Source of the DNA: Pseudodesulfovibrio piezophilus C1TLV30
GTDB taxonomy: Bacteria > Desulfobacterota > Desulfovibrionia > Desulfovibrionales > Desulfovibrionaceae
Direction: 5' to 3'
Length of the DNA: 32,000 nt
NCBI RefSeq assembly: GCF_000341895.1
Contig: NC_020409.1
Location: forward strand, 2,160,001-2,192,000
Both the position numbers and the translations under genes were made by a program. The notes under the pieces are model-generated. The model was not told the origin of the DNA, did no database searches, and saw only the letters and a program-made list of their open reading frames with translations. Below, piece by piece: positions 31,588 through 32,000 of this stretch (positions are counted from its first letter, which is position 1; every line of letters begins with the position of its first letter).

Positions 31588-32000
31588 ATGTGCGGATTTC
31601 TCGGCATAGTAGCCAGCCAGGCTCTCTCAATTGATCGCGAACGGTTTCGCCGCGCCCTGAACCTGCAAAGGCACAGGGGGCCAGATGGTTCCGGCGTGCA
31701 TTGGGGCCCTCGCCACGCCCTCGGGCACAGACGGCTTTCCATCATTGACCTAAATGACCGTTCCGCACAGCCTATGTGTACCGAAGACGGGCGGTTCTGC
31801 CTCGTTTTCAATGGCGAGATATACAATTTCAAGGAAATCCGATCGCGACTGCACGGGCTGGGCCACCGCTTCTGCCGCGAAAGTGATACCGAGGTTCTGC
31901 TGCACGCCTATGAAGAATGGGGAACGGATTGTCTGGAGATGATGCAGGGCATGTTCGCCTTTGCCGTACTCGATACCGCTTCGGGAAAAGTCGTCCTGGC
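31588..32000 (+). CDS. asnB: Asparagine synthase (glutamine-hydrolysing) family amidotransferase, N-terminal part (continues past the right edge)
   Basis: The reading frame is open to the window end. It reads MCGFLGIV..HRGPDGSG..HRRLSIIDL..AQP..LVFNGEIYNF..SDTEVLLHAY..GMFAFAVLD. Cys2 is the nucleophile, as in class II glutamine amidotransferases. Confidence 0.9.
   Translation, partial: MCGFLGIVASQALSIDRERFRRALNLQRHRGPDGSGVHWGPRHALGHRRLSIIDLNDRSAQPMCTEDGRFCLVFNGEIYNFKEIRSRLHGLGHRFCRESDTEVLLHAYEEWGTDCLEMMQGMFAFAVLDTASGKVVL

Overview
This 32-kb chromosomal window looks like a sulfate-reducer (Desulfovibrionaceae-type) genome. That placement is an inference from a Tat-exported [NiFe] hydrogenase small subunit, a tetrahaem cytochrome c3, an aldehyde:ferredoxin oxidoreductase, sigma54 regulation and strong GC3 bias. 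I saw no CRISPR array, transposase, integrase, phage gene or recognisable defence gene. Gene order, left to right:

- (-) Partial hydrogenase small subunit and cytochrome c3.
- (-) A sigma54-dependent response regulator and a haem-c-type sensor kinase.
- (+) A textbook sigma54 -24/-12 promoter driving a six-gene operon: a YeiH-family transporter with a large insertion, a 55-aa membrane peptide, a USP, two unknown membrane-anchored proteins and a catalytically degenerate kinase-like protein.
- (-) A self-contained tRNA-Phe(GAA) unit.
- (-) A GT4 glycosyltransferase, a polyferredoxin and AOR.
- (+) A GGDEF diguanylate cyclase.
- An A/T-rich convergent spacer with three perfect palindromes.
- (-) ftsEX.
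- (+) A LytTR regulator with a degenerate receiver, followed by acetyl-CoA synthetase.
- (-) An ELP3-like radical SAM gene, galE and a gmhA-like gene.
- A 560-nt divergent non-coding region.
- (+) A glycan cluster that runs off the window: a GDP-mannose 3,5-epimerase homologue, GT2, an NDP-sugar dehydrogenase, a methyltransferase, an unknown protein, a CmcI-type methyltransferase, a radical SAM/SPASM-like protein, a TagD-like cytidylyltransferase and AsnB.

The best candidates for something undescribed are the sigma54/haem-sensor-controlled transporter-USP-pseudokinase operon (4.7-9.7 kb) and the unknown/CmcI/radical-SAM trio inside the glycan cluster (28.4-31.1 kb). All functional calls rest on motif recognition by eye; no database search was run.
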